Positions 27,063 through 36,415 of a DNA stretch of 64,000 nucleotides are shown here, in pieces. The number at the start of each line of letters is the position of its first letter. Position 1 is the stretch's first letter. A program made the position numbers and the translations under genes. A model generated the notes under the pieces. The model did not search any database. It worked only from the letters and a program-made list of their open reading frames with translations, and was not told the origin of the DNA. The DNA comes from an uncultured Candidatus Saccharibacteria bacterium (GTDB taxonomy: Bacteria; Patescibacteriota; Minisyncoccia; 2-02-FULL-40-12; GWA2-44-9): NCBI GenBank assembly GCA_964553025.1, contig CAZKJF010000018.1, positions 1,641 through 65,640 on the forward strand, written 5' to 3'.

Positions 27063-27791
27063 CTATTGGCTGATTTTGACTTGGATAAGGCAGCGGGTTT
27101 TGAGCCAATCGCGGGTGTTTGAATCGCGTGTGGAGACAAGATGATCTTGGACGGCCTGATTGAAGCGAGTGCAGACTTCAATCTTCCGATCGGAGCCGTC
27201 CGGCGTTTGAACATGTTCGGCCCGCTCGATCGCGCGATCCACTTCATCACGGAAGTCTTCGTTCAATCGCTGGATCATCTGGACGCGTTTTTGCGCCGAC
27301 GCCGGCAAAGGAGGGCGCGACGCCGAAGCGGTTACCGTTAGCACGGTCATCGTGGGAGCTGCGGTTCGGCTCAGCGTCGGCACAGACGTTGTTGCCGCCG
27401 CACGAAGCGCTTCCAATTCACGCAAACGCCGCTGGGCCAAGTCTTCATGGAGTTTTATTTTTTGTTCATCGCTCAAGGTCAAATCTAAACGCACTTGCTC
27501 ACTGACTCGTTTGAGCGGATAGAGGACATTATCAGTCGAGACGTCGGCATTATCAGCCAATGCCGCCAAACCGCCGGTACTGATAACAACCACAAACAAC
27601 GCAATGAACGCATAGCGCCAATAGCGGGCATGAGCCATCATTCGCGCAGTCGAATTTCCATTCATGGTTCGGACTGACTTCAAAAATGACTCGCGCGCCG
27701 AATCGAGGAATTCTTTTTCGGGCTGAAGGGCGTGGTGAACGCGACTCTTCAAGCGCCAGTGCCGAACGATGTCCTTAAAAGCCTGAATCAT
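27063..27791 (-). CDS. putative anti-sigma factor, DUF5667-like
   Basis: Single TM followed by LYPLKRVSE...LAQRRLRE; overlaps the ECF sigma gene. Confidence 0.7.
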   Translation of the reverse strand: MIQAFKDIVRHWRLKSRVHHALQPEKEFLDSARESFLKSVRTMNGNSTARMMAHARYWRYAFIALFVVVISTGGLAALADNADVSTDNVLYPLKRVSEQVRLDLTLSDEQKIKLHEDLAQRRLRELEALRAAATTSVPTLSRTAAPTMTVLTVTASASRPPLPASAQKRVQMIQRLNEDFRDEVDRAIERAEHVQTPDGSDRKIEVCTRFNQAVQDHLVSTRDSNTRDWLKTRCLIQVKISQ

Positions 27792-28320
27792 AAATTTTAG
27801 ATATTTTTTTCTTTAAGCGATGGATCATAACGCGCAAATTAGCTTCGGATTTTCCGGTCATAACCGCCAAATCCGCATATGAAACATCTGCGATGAAATA
27901 TGAATGGAATAACTCCCGCTCCTCTTCGGGAAGCTGTTCGGCTATTGCCAACACGCGCTGCATCTCGGCATTGGTCTGGACTTGTTCATTGGGGTCAACG
28001 ACATCAAAGCCGGTTTCTTGCATGGCTTCCAAAGACTGCACGGGTTTCTTTTGTCGAAAAGAATCAATCAGCAGATTGCGAGCGATCTGCCAAAACCAGG
28101 AACTGAAATTCCCGACTTCAGCGTTAAACTGGCCGATGTTTTGAAGCATCTTCGCGAATACCTCTTGGACAAGATCTTGGGCGATCTCTTTCTGGTTTGT
28201 TCGAGAAAGAAAGTAGCGGTAAAAGGAAGTTGCGAATCGGTCAAAGATGGCTGCTCCCGCCTTCTCGTCGCCTTTTTGAAGGCGTTTTGCCAAGGCATTT
28301 ATAGTTGCTGATTCAGACAT
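27775..28320 (-). CDS. ECF RNA polymerase sigma factor
   Basis: AQDLVQEVF, FSSWFWQIARNLLID (region 2); SYADLA..GKSEANLRVMIHR (region 4). Confidence 0.92.
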   Translation of the reverse strand: MSESATINALAKRLQKGDEKAGAAIFDRFATSFYRYFLSRTNQKEIAQDLVQEVFAKMLQNIGQFNAEVGNFSSWFWQIARNLLIDSFRQKKPVQSLEAMQETGFDVVDPNEQVQTNAEMQRVLAIAEQLPEEERELFHSYFIADVSYADLAVMTGKSEANLRVMIHRLKKKISKIYDSGF

Positions 28321-28322
28321 AG

Positions 28323-28349
28323 ATACGATAAAAAGCCAGGTTTGTTACG
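28323..28349 (-). promoter_or_regulatory. ECF-type promoter upstream of the sigma gene
   Basis: CGTAAC-N16-CGTAT. Confidence 0.6.
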
Positions 28350-28372
28350 GGAAATCGACCGGAATTGAGGGT

Positions 28373-28400
28373 TGTAATATACCATTTTTCAAGCCGTATT
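28373..28400 (+). promoter_or_regulatory. ECF-type promoter upstream of the DUF5666-like gene
   Basis: TGTAAT-N16-CGTATT. Confidence 0.6.
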
Positions 28401-28457
28401 GAAAGGGGACAGGTCGAATTCAGTTCTTTTGAAGATAAACCAACTAATTAACTCTTC

Positions 28458-29120
28458 ATGTTTAAAACAAAAGTTCTGCTTGTCAGTGCGGCAGCTCTTG
28501 CTCTTATGCCTCTTGCAACGTTCGCGCAAGGGATTGACGCTGCGGCTCATGTCCATGTCGGCGGCCGTTTCGGCTATTTTCGCCATGGTATTGCCCGCGG
28601 CATTCATAGCTTGAAAAATGCCGTTGTCGGCACAGTGAGCGCCGTGAACGGTAACGGTTCTTTCACCGTTACGAAAAAGGACGGCTCCGCGGTTACCGTT
28701 ACAACCGATGCGTCCACGAAAGTAAACGACCATGGCACGACAGCCAGCGCCAGCGCGATTACTCTGAATGATAAAGTCGTTGCCGGCGGCACGTGGAATG
28801 ATGCCAAGACGAGTTTGGCTGCCTTGCGGGTCCGCATTGTAGACAACATCGTCAGTCCGGTCGCTGATTTCTGGAAAAATCTATTTGCCGCTCATGCGGT
28901 CGTCGGTACCATTACCGCCATCAATGGCAATGTGATCACAATCGTCAATAAGGACAATGCGACTTTTACCAGCGATATTTCGAGCGCTAAACTCGTCAAG
29001 AAGAACGGCCTCGATAATGCCTCAATCGCCGACTTTAAGGTAAACGATAAAGTCGAAGTCCTCGGTTCGGTTAGCGGCAGTGTTGTTACTGCCCAGGTTG
29101 CCCACGATCTGACGAACTAA
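28458..29120 (+). CDS. secreted protein with two DUF5666-like domains
   Basis: Signal peptide; two repeats of GTV/ITAxNG...V.D.V...G...A. Confidence 0.75.
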   Translation: MFKTKVLLVSAAALALMPLATFAQGIDAAAHVHVGGRFGYFRHGIARGIHSLKNAVVGTVSAVNGNGSFTVTKKDGSAVTVTTDASTKVNDHGTTASASAITLNDKVVAGGTWNDAKTSLAALRVRIVDNIVSPVADFWKNLFAAHAVVGTITAINGNVITIVNKDNATFTSDISSAKLVKKNGLDNASIADFKVNDKVEVLGSVSGSVVTAQVAHDLTN

Positions 29121-29134
29121 TCTGAAACGAAGTC

Positions 29135-29173
29135 AGAAAAAACCAGCGGCCATTTTGGCCGCTGGTTTTTTCT
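29135..29173 (+). terminator. intrinsic terminator
   Basis: AGAAAAAACCAGCGGCCA-TTT-TGGCCGCTGGTTTTTTCT. Confidence 0.85.
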
Positions 29174-29202
29174 TCGATTCCATGCTATAATTCGAAAACC
29201 AT

Positions 29203-29278
29203 GGGGATCATGGTGAAGGAGTTATCACAGCGCTCTGTGGCAGCGCGGTCACGGGTGCGAATCCCGTTGATCCCCCCA
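29203..29278 (+). tRNA. tRNA-His(GTG)
   Basis: 8-bp acceptor GGGGATCA/TGATCCCC (G-1:C73), anticodon arm GCGCT-ctGTGgc-AGCGC, encoded CCA; TGcTATAAT upstream. Confidence 0.92.
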
Positions 29279-29291
29279 TCATTTGATAGTG

Positions 29292-30122
29292 CTAGGGCTG
29301 GAGAATATCGGCGGTGCGGCCGTTGATTGAGACGACGACGCTGTTGAAACCTGGAAATTGCTTAAGGGTATTCGTGATCTCCGAACGAATGGCGCCGACG
29401 CGGCAAGAACCAGCGACGCCTGCCTCCAAATTCTCGTCAAAATCCGCATACACAGTCTGGCCTTTCAGGGTAACGCTTTTTACCGTTACATTATCGGGAA
29501 TCACATCCTGGGCGCCTTTTTTCTTTTCAGCAGAAGTCGGTCCTTTGAGTAATTCAACAACGCTCATGAAGCCAGGCGAAGAGGTCTGGTAGACATCGCG
29601 CGGAAACAGCGTGGTCGTGCTGCAATCGTCTGAAGTTACATAGGCCACATACACAGTACGCGTCGAGATCGTCTTGAGCCGGACATCCACCGCCGCGTAC
29701 CCTTCATAGGTACCATCGCCTTTGGCCGATTCAGCGAGAGCTTCAATTTTCAGATTCATCATCGCGCTGGCCGGAATCGGGAGGCGGACGGAATAGTTTC
29801 CGAACTGGCCGGAATCGGCGGCATCAGTCATGGCATGTACGGAGGCAACGATAGCACCGTTTGCGTCGCGCGCCTGCACGGTAAATTGATTCTCGAATAC
29901 GCGCGCCTTGCCGGTAACTGTGATCACGGGATCAACCGATTGATTCTCGGTCGGTGAGGTAATGGTGATATTGGGCTGGCTTGAAGGACTCGGCGAACGA
30001 GTCAATGCTGCCGTTGAAGACGGACTGGGAGTTGAGGCAAGGTGCGGCTGATATTTCGACCATATCAACCAACCGGCAGCCACAGCTACGATTACTGCGA
30101 TAATGGTAATGAATGTTTTCAT
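29292..30122 (-). CDS. Gmad2 + GerMN domain membrane-anchored protein
   Basis: TM, SP linker, TVTGKARVFEN (Gmad2), ELLKGPT, GSCRVGAIRSEITNTLKQF (GerMN). Confidence 0.85.
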   Translation of the reverse strand: MKTFITIIAVIVAVAAGWLIWSKYQPHLASTPSPSSTAALTRSPSPSSQPNITITSPTENQSVDPVITVTGKARVFENQFTVQARDANGAIVASVHAMTDAADSGQFGNYSVRLPIPASAMMNLKIEALAESAKGDGTYEGYAAVDVRLKTISTRTVYVAYVTSDDCSTTTLFPRDVYQTSSPGFMSVVELLKGPTSAEKKKGAQDVIPDNVTVKSVTLKGQTVYADFDENLEAGVAGSCRVGAIRSEITNTLKQFPGFNSVVVSINGRTADILQP

Positions 30123-30141
30123 GGGTGTTTTCTTGTTTCTG

Positions 30142-30212
30142 TCGGGACGCCGAGATTTGAACTCGGACTAAATCCTCCCAAAGGACTCGTGCTACCGTTA
30201 CACTACGTCCCG
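30142..30212 (-). tRNA. tRNA-Pro(TGG)
   Basis: CGGGACG/CGTCCCG acceptor, AGTCC-ttTGGga-GGATT, GTTCAAATC T-loop; CCA not encoded. Confidence 0.9.
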
Positions 30213-30224
30213 AACCGTCCTCGT

Positions 30225-30488
30225 TCAACTCTTTCGATTCTGCTCACCCCACCGCCACGCGGCTTTCTCGCCGGTCAGCCAGCAGATGAAGATAAGAATG
30301 GCGACCAGGATAATTTCGTGGACAACAATTAGCGCCCCGATTGCACCGTCCATTTCGTCGGCCACGTCGATCTGGAGCACATTTCTCACCGTCAGAATAA
30401 CAAAAACAGCAAGAATTAACCAGCCCTGCCACGCCGCTGGATACCATCCATACCCGTATCGCTTGGCTTTGAACCAAATTCTTTTCAT
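30225..30488 (-). CDS. small two-TM membrane protein
   Basis: WFKAKRYGYGWYPAAWQGW...TGEKAAWRWG, a recognisable uncharacterised family pattern. Confidence 0.75.
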   Translation of the reverse strand: MKRIWFKAKRYGYGWYPAAWQGWLILAVFVILTVRNVLQIDVADEMDGAIGALIVVHEIILVAILIFICWLTGEKAAWRWGEQNRKS

Positions 30489-30562
30489 GGTGTCCTCGGA
30501 GGGAATCGAACCCCCATCAAGGCCTTAGAAGAGCCCTGCTCTATCCGTTGAGCTACGAGGAC
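30488..30562 (-). tRNA. tRNA-Arg(TCT)
   Basis: GTCCTCG/CGAGGAC acceptor, GGGCT-ctTCTaa-GGCCT, GGTTCGATTCC, encoded CCA. Confidence 0.93.
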
Positions 30563-30644
30563 ATGCTGCCAATACTCTACACCAAAACTGCCGTTTCAGC
30601 TAGTAATTTCAACAAAAATTTGCTAGAGTAGCAGAATAACTTTT

Positions 30645-30715
30645 GCGGGATTCGTATATCGGTAATACATGAGTTTTCCAAACTCAAGAGACGGGTTCGA
30701 CTCCCGTATCCCGCT
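30645..30715 (+). tRNA. tRNA-Gly(TCC)
   Basis: GCGGGAT/ATCCCGC acceptor, TGAGT-ttTCCaa-ACTCA, GGTTCGACTCC. Confidence 0.93.
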
Positions 30716-30766
30716 CCTTCAGTCCGGCAACAATTGACGCCTTGGTACGTTTGATATAATAACGCC

Positions 30767-31903
30767 ATGCCGGAACCGTTGGCAGTCCACATCCGTCCCC
30801 AAAACCTCTCTGAATTCATCGGTCAGCGGCATTTGGTTGGCCGGGGCGGGCCCTTGGCTGTCGCCATCGAAAAGAAACACTTATTCTCGTTTATTCTCTG
30901 GGGCCCGCCCGGCGTTGGCAAAACGACCCTTGCCCGCATCTACGCCAAGGCGCTGAACGCCGACTATCACGAACTTTCCGCCGTTTCCGCGGGCAAAGAC
31001 GACATTCGAAAGATCGTAGACCAAGAGCAGACGCTGTTCGGGCCAAAAATCCTTTTTCTCGACGAAATCCATCGCTTTAATAAAGCCCAACAAGATTATC
31101 TCCTGCCCTTCGTTGAATCCGGCCGTTTGACGTTGATCGGCGCCACGACTGAAAATCCCAGTTTTGAAGTCATTTCGGCGCTCTTGTCGCGCTGCCGCGT
31201 ATTTATCCTTGAAGAGCTTTCGGATGAAGAAATGCACCAGATTATCCGACGGACAGGCTTTCCATTAACTCCTGAAGCCGCGGAGTGGCTGGTCGCCATG
31301 GCCGGCGGGGATGCGCGCCAGGCGATTACGATGATCGAGAACACCGCTAAGCTGTATAAAGAAATTACCGTCGAAAATCTTAAAAATACCCTGCAATCGA
31401 AATTTCTTCGCTACGATAAAAAAGGAGAAGAGCATTATAACACCATCAGCGCCTTCATCAAAAGCATGCGGGCCAGCCAACCGGACGCGGCGATGTACTA
31501 CCTCGCTCGGATGGTAGACGCCGGCGAAGACCCGAAGTTTATCGCCCGGCGAATGGTGATTTTCGCCTCAGAAGATATTGGCCTTGAGGATTCGCATGCG
31601 CTCGCGGTGGCCAATGCCGTCTTTCAGGCCGTCGAGACGATCGGCATGCCGGAAGCGGGCATCAATCTCGCCCACGGCGTAGCGTATCTATCCCAGTGCC
31701 CGAAAGCAAAACGTTCTTACGAGGCCTATCTGGCTGCAACGGAAGACGTCAAAAAATTCGGCAATTTGCCGATTCCGATGCTAATCCGAAATCCTGTTAC
31801 CAAGCTCATGAAGGAAGTCGGCTATGGTAAGGGCTATACCCGCTACCCGAAACAAGACCTGCTCCCCGAAAAACTCAAAGGCCGGAAGTATTTGAAAAGA
31901 TAA
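30767..31903 (+). CDS. rarA: replication-associated recombination protein A (RarA/MgsA)
   Basis: [48 protein letters not shown]. Confidence 0.95.
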   Translation: MPEPLAVHIRPQNLSEFIGQRHLVGRGGPLAVAIEKKHLFSFILWGPPGVGKTTLARIYAKALNADYHELSAVSAGKDDIRKIVDQEQTLFGPKILFLDEIHRFNKAQQDYLLPFVESGRLTLIGATTENPSFEVISALLSRCRVFILEELSDEEMHQIIRRTGFPLTPEAAEWLVAMAGGDARQAITMIENTAKLYKEITVENLKNTLQSKFLRYDKKGEEHYNTISAFIKSMRASQPDAAMYYLARMVDAGEDPKFIARRMVIFASEDIGLEDSHALAVANAVFQAVETIGMPEAGINLAHGVAYLSQCPKAKRSYEAYLAATEDVKKFGNLPIPMLIRNPVTKLMKEVGYGKGYTRYPKQDLLPEKLKGRKYLKR

Positions 31904-31934
31904 CCTAAAACCGCGCGAAGCGCGGTTTTAGGTT
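31902..31934. terminator. bidirectional terminator
   Basis: AACCTAAAACCGCGC-GAA-GCGCGGTTTTAGGTT. Confidence 0.8.
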
Positions 31935-31961
31935 GGTATGTCGGATCCAACATGCCAAGGA

Positions 31962-32246
31962 CTACATGATAGCTTCTTTCAGGAGCTTACCGGCGGTAAA
32001 GCGGGGTTTCTTGGAAGCTTTGATCTGGATTTTTTCACCAGTGCGAGGGTTGATACCTTCGCGAGCTTTGCGGTCAGCGACTTTGAAGATACCAAAACCG
32101 GTAATATTCACCTTGTCTCCTTTGCGGAGAGCTTTGGTGATTTCTTCGGTAAAGCCGTCAATCCACTCGGCGGACTGCTTTTTGGAGACAGCGAAGCGGT
32201 CTGCCAAAATCTGCGCCAATTGAGCCTTTTTGATTGCGTTTGCCAT
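31962..32246 (-). CDS. hup: DNA-binding protein HU
   Basis: GFGIF..RKAREGINPRTGEKIQI...PRF.AGK.LK. Confidence 0.95.
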   Translation of the reverse strand: MANAIKKAQLAQILADRFAVSKKQSAEWIDGFTEEITKALRKGDKVNITGFGIFKVADRKAREGINPRTGEKIQIKASKKPRFTAGKLLKEAIM

Positions 32247-32370
32247 ATAACACCTCTCTTTCTATACTGAACGGGCTTAAAAACCCGCTCAATTACTTGG
32301 TTATTCTATAGCTACTCCCCAATTCTCTAGGTTTTTCGCAATTTTTGCAATACCCCCTGTTTATAACCGC

Positions 32371-33903
32371 TTACCGGGCATATTCGACGGCGCGGGTCTC
32401 ACGGATGACGTTTACCTTAATCTCGCCGGGATATTTCATCTCCTCTTCGATTTTTTTGGCGATATCTTTGGCTAATTTGATAGCTCCCAGATCATCAATG
32501 CGGGTAGGCGTGACGAATACGCGCAGTTCGCGGCCGGCTTGAATGGCGTACGACCGATCAACCCCTTCGAATGAATTGGAGATTCGCTCAAGTTCTTCCA
32601 AACGTTTGAGATAGATTTCGACGGTATCCTTGCGGGCACCGGGCCGGGCGCCGGAAATAGCGTCGGCGGCCTGAACGATGCGGGCTTCCAAAATCGCATA
32701 CGGATACTCCTCATGGTGAGCCTCCATCGCCTGAATAACTTTCGGATCGATGTTGAATTTCTGGAGTAATTTGCGGCCGATCTCCACATGCGTTCCCTGA
32801 ACTTCGTGGTCAACAGCTTTGCCTAAGTCGTGAAATAACGCGCCTTTTTTGGCAACGCTCACATCAGCGCCCAATTCGGCCGCCAGCATGCCGGCGATAT
32901 GGGTCATTTCGATCGAATGGAGAAGCACGTTCTGGCCGAAGCTGGTTCGGAAGGCAAGGCGGCCGAGTAAATAAGTTAATTTCGGATCCACCGGCCCGAC
33001 GCCGGTTTCAAACAGCGCGGCTTCGCCGGCCTCGCGAATCTTTTCATTAATTTCATTTTTGGCTTTTTCAACCATTTCCTCAATCTTGGCGGGATGGATG
33101 CGGCCGTCGGCGATGAGTTTCTCAATGGCTAAGCGTGCGATTTGCCGGCGAACCGGGTCATAGCCGGAAATAATCAGCGCTTCGGGCGTATCGTCAATAA
33201 TTACATCCACTCCCGTGAGGCGTTCGATAGTTTTGATATTGCGGCCTTCTTTGCCGATAATCTTGCCTTTGACCTCATCCGAAGGCAGATTCACGACGGT
33301 CGTCAATGAATCGGCGATATGCGATCCGGCATAACGCTGGATGGCCAGAGTCAGGATTTCCCGGGCTTTCTTGTCGAGTTCCTCTTTGTTTTCGGTCTCG
33401 AGCTTGCGGATGCGCTTGTAGAGGTCGTCTTTGTATTCTTCCTCGATCTTTTGAATAAGTTCGGTCTTGGCGGTTTCTCGGTTCAAGCCGGCGACGCGTT
33501 CCAATTCAGTGATCTGCTTGGCCCGCGTTTCATCGATCTGATGCTTCAGGGCGGTAATTTCAGCGGCTTTGGTTTTCAGGGTTTCTTTTTCCGAATGGAT
33601 CTCTCGGCTGCGCTGTTCAAGCTCGCTTTCCTTCTTGGTTAAAAGGTTTTCAATGCGCGAAAGCTGGGCCATGCGGTCCTTTTCTTCATTCTTGGATTCT
33701 TCTAAGGTTTGGAGCGCTTTGTTCTTGGCTTCCAGGAGAATGTCCTGAGCTTTTTGCTTAGCGTCTCCGAGAATTGTCTGAGCTTTGGATTCGGCTTGGG
33801 TAGCCCGTAATGCGGCGATAACTTGGCGAATAAGATAGCCGGCGACTAAGCCCATTAAACCGGCCAAAATCAGCGCCACAAGGCGTGGAAGTCCTAAAAT
33901 CAT
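32371..33903 (-). CDS. rny: ribonuclease Y
   Basis: N-terminal TM, coiled coil, KH ([12 protein letters not shown]), HD (HDLGKA), [12 protein letters not shown]. Confidence 0.96.
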   Translation of the reverse strand: MILGLPRLVALILAGLMGLVAGYLIRQVIAALRATQAESKAQTILGDAKQKAQDILLEAKNKALQTLEESKNEEKDRMAQLSRIENLLTKKESELEQRSREIHSEKETLKTKAAEITALKHQIDETRAKQITELERVAGLNRETAKTELIQKIEEEYKDDLYKRIRKLETENKEELDKKAREILTLAIQRYAGSHIADSLTTVVNLPSDEVKGKIIGKEGRNIKTIERLTGVDVIIDDTPEALIISGYDPVRRQIARLAIEKLIADGRIHPAKIEEMVEKAKNEINEKIREAGEAALFETGVGPVDPKLTYLLGRLAFRTSFGQNVLLHSIEMTHIAGMLAAELGADVSVAKKGALFHDLGKAVDHEVQGTHVEIGRKLLQKFNIDPKVIQAMEAHHEEYPYAILEARIVQAADAISGARPGARKDTVEIYLKRLEELERISNSFEGVDRSYAIQAGRELRVFVTPTRIDDLGAIKLAKDIAKKIEEEMKYPGEIKVNVIRETRAVEYAR

Positions 33904-34031
33904 GGTTGTAAGCGGTTACAAACGGCATAAATGACTGGAGATGTCGTTATAACTGGAATTAAAAGATAAACTTGACGCCAGTATACAAAAATCGGCTTAT
34001 TTTATCAACTGAAATCTTCCACAAGAAAAAA

Positions 34032-34058
34032 GGCCGCTGGGTCAATGACCCAGCGGCC
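34032..34058 (-). terminator. intrinsic terminator overlapping the stop codon
   Basis: GGCCGCTGGGTCA/TGACCCAGCGGCC followed by TTTTTTCTT on the minus strand. Confidence 0.75.
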
Positions 34059-34419
34059 AGTCGTCGGAAAATCGGGGCAGCTTTTCTTGCTCGAGGCACC
34101 AGCGCAGAACTCCTTGCGCTCGGACGCGATCTTGATGACACCAAAGCATGAAGATGTTGTAGGTGCTCGGCGCCCAACCGTGGCTGGCAAGCCGATGAGC
34201 ATTGGCGGTTGTGAGGCCGCGCCAGACCAAAGGCGCGACAATCGAGTATCCACGAGCGATAATGTTATCGTGAGGATGCTGGCCGCCGACGCCGGACAAA
34301 GCCCGTTCGCGGACGACATGGAGCCGGATGATCGCGCGCTGAATGTCGGGATTCAGCTTCAAGAATTCGCCTGAAAAATCAAGGGGTTTGAAATTCGACG
34401 CTGTCGACATAATAGTCAT
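34042..34419 (-). CDS. hypothetical protein
   Basis: 125 aa ORF; promoter TTTACA-17-TATGAT (34434-34462) and terminator. Confidence 0.6.
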   Translation of the reverse strand: MTIMSTASNFKPLDFSGEFLKLNPDIQRAIIRLHVVRERALSGVGGQHPHDNIIARGYSIVAPLVWRGLTTANAHRLASHGWAPSTYNIFMLWCHQDRVRAQGVLRWCLEQEKLPRFSDDWPLGH

Positions 34420-34481
34420 AAGAACAGGTGGATATCATAGCAGACAATTCTTATTTTGTAAATTTCTGATATACTAAATTC

Positions 34482-36020
34482 ATGAAACCAATCGTTCTTG
34501 CCATTTTGGACGGGTGGGGCCATTCGACCACCCGCACCGGCAACGCGATCTTGAGCGCCCAGACGCCGACGCTCAACGAGATCGTCCATACCTATCCTTC
34601 CATGCTTTTGCAGGCGTCCGGACCGGCCGTCGGCATGACATTCGGCGAATCGGGCAACAGCGAAGTTGGCCACATGACGCTGGGCGGCGGCCGAGTGATA
34701 TTCCAGTACTTGATGCGGATCAATAAGGCCATCGAGAACGGGGATTTTTTCACCAATCCGACGCTCGTCGAGGCCGCCGCCCATGTCCAGCGCCACGGCT
34801 CGACCCTTCATATCGCCGGTTTGCTGACGTCGGGCGTCGTTCATGCTTCCTTCAATCATCTGGTTGCTCTCGTAAAATATGCCAAGACCAATAATATCTC
34901 ATATCGCCTTCATCTTTGGACTGATGGCCGCGATTCCGGCCTCAAAGAAGGCTCCGACTTGCTCAAAAAGCTTTCCGATGAGATCGGAGGGCTGGAAAAC
35001 CTAGCTACCGTCATCGGCCGCGATTTCGCCATGGACCGAAACAACAACTGGGACCGGACCGAAGCGACGTACAACTTGATCGCCAACGCCGCCGGGACCC
35101 AAGTTCCCGATATTTTCGCGGCCATGGGCGCGTACTACAAACAAAACATCACGGACGGCGCGATTCCTGCGACTGTCGTTACCCCATCGCCGCTGAACAG
35201 CGGCGATGGGGTCGTCTTCTTCAATTTCCGCGAGGACTCGATGCGCCAGATCGTCCGTGTTTTCACCGAACCCGGTTTCGATACGTTTCTTAAAAAAGTG
35301 CCTGATAGTCTGTTCATCGCCGGCATGACCCAATATCTCGAAAATCCGCAGCTTCGCGTCATCATGTCTCCGCCGAACGTCAAAAATTGCCTCTCGGAAG
35401 TGTTATCGCTGAACGGCAAAAAGCATCTCCATGTCGCCGAGACCGAAAAATACGCCCACGTAACGTTCTTTTTCAACGGGTTGCGAACTAAACCCTTTGA
35501 CGGAGAAACGGATTTCTTCATTGAATCACTGGAAAATCTGACCCAGCATCCGCAGATGCGCGCCGCGGATATCACCCAAAAAGTTGTAGCCGAAATGGAT
35601 CGGGATTTCTACGATGTCTTTATCGTCAATTATGCCAATGGCGACATGCTGGCTCATTTAGGCATCCTTGATGCGGCCATCCAGGGCGTTCAGGCCGTGG
35701 ATGCTTCCTTGGCCATCTTGAAACAAAAGGTTTTAGAAAAAGACGGGACGCTGATCATTACTGCCGACCACGGCAATGTTGAGGCCATGATCTACCAGAC
35801 CACCGGCGATCGAGAGACGCGCCACGATTCGAATCCCGTGCCGCTGTATCTCGTCGGCGCTCCGTTCGCTCGGTCGCGATCGGACGCGGAAATCGCCCAA
35901 TCTTATGCCCAAGTCAACGGCATCATCGCCGATGTGGCGCCGACGATTCTTGAATTGCTGGGAATTCAAAAGCCGGTCGAAATGACCGGCTCAAGTCTGC
36001 TCGGAATCCTCAAGTCGTAA
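34482..36020 (+). CDS. gpmI: 2,3-bisphosphoglycerate-independent phosphoglycerate mutase
   Basis: ILDGWG, GNSEVGH, TDGRD, AETEKYAHVTFFFNG, TADHGN. Confidence 0.96.
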   Translation: MKPIVLAILDGWGHSTTRTGNAILSAQTPTLNEIVHTYPSMLLQASGPAVGMTFGESGNSEVGHMTLGGGRVIFQYLMRINKAIENGDFFTNPTLVEAAAHVQRHGSTLHIAGLLTSGVVHASFNHLVALVKYAKTNNISYRLHLWTDGRDSGLKEGSDLLKKLSDEIGGLENLATVIGRDFAMDRNNNWDRTEATYNLIANAAGTQVPDIFAAMGAYYKQNITDGAIPATVVTPSPLNSGDGVVFFNFREDSMRQIVRVFTEPGFDTFLKKVPDSLFIAGMTQYLENPQLRVIMSPPNVKNCLSEVLSLNGKKHLHVAETEKYAHVTFFFNGLRTKPFDGETDFFIESLENLTQHPQMRAADITQKVVAEMDRDFYDVFIVNYANGDMLAHLGILDAAIQGVQAVDASLAILKQKVLEKDGTLIITADHGNVEAMIYQTTGDRETRHDSNPVPLYLVGAPFARSRSDAEIAQSYAQVNGIIADVAPTILELLGIQKPVEMTGSSLLGILKS

Positions 36021-36395
36021 TTTTGGCCGCGGATTGAGCTGTCGCCGCTGGTTTATGATACCGCTCGGTTCGCCGCGGATGCTTCTCAGCCAGATCAGAT
36101 CGTCGTCCAGCCGTCGAACTAATTTCTCAATGGACGGGCCGGACAAACCTCGTTCCCAGCGATACTGGATCAAAATGTTCTGAATGTATTTCGTGCTCAC
36201 TTTCACCGATCCCACTTCGCAAAATGTCATACGCCGAAGATAGTATGTCAGATCGACGACTGTCTTGGGTTTCAAAACCTCGACGCATTTTCGTAAAACG
36301 TATAGTTTGCGAAATTTGGAAAGATAGTATTGGAAATCATCGGAGATTTTTTGTTCGTCCTCTTTCGTCAGAACATGGGGCCCGCGTTGTTGCAT
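35991..36395 (-). CDS. hypothetical protein
   Basis: 134 aa from ATG 36395; 3' end overlaps the gpmI 3' end. Confidence 0.55.
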   Translation of the reverse strand: MQQRGPHVLTKEDEQKISDDFQYYLSKFRKLYVLRKCVEVLKPKTVVDLTYYLRRMTFCEVGSVKVSTKYIQNILIQYRWERGLSGPSIEKLVRRLDDDLIWLRSIRGEPSGIINQRRQLNPRPKLRLEDSEQT

Positions 36396-36415
36396 GAAGA
36401 ACTGGCCCCAGCGTA

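Noticed and set aside
29203-30715. tRNA-anchored integrated element
   Set aside because: No integrase and no duplicated tRNA 3' end found in the window.
33904-34030. 6S RNA or other ncRNA upstream of rny
   Set aside because: The region is short and AT-rich and no long irregular hairpin could be formed; it looks like promoter plus UTR.
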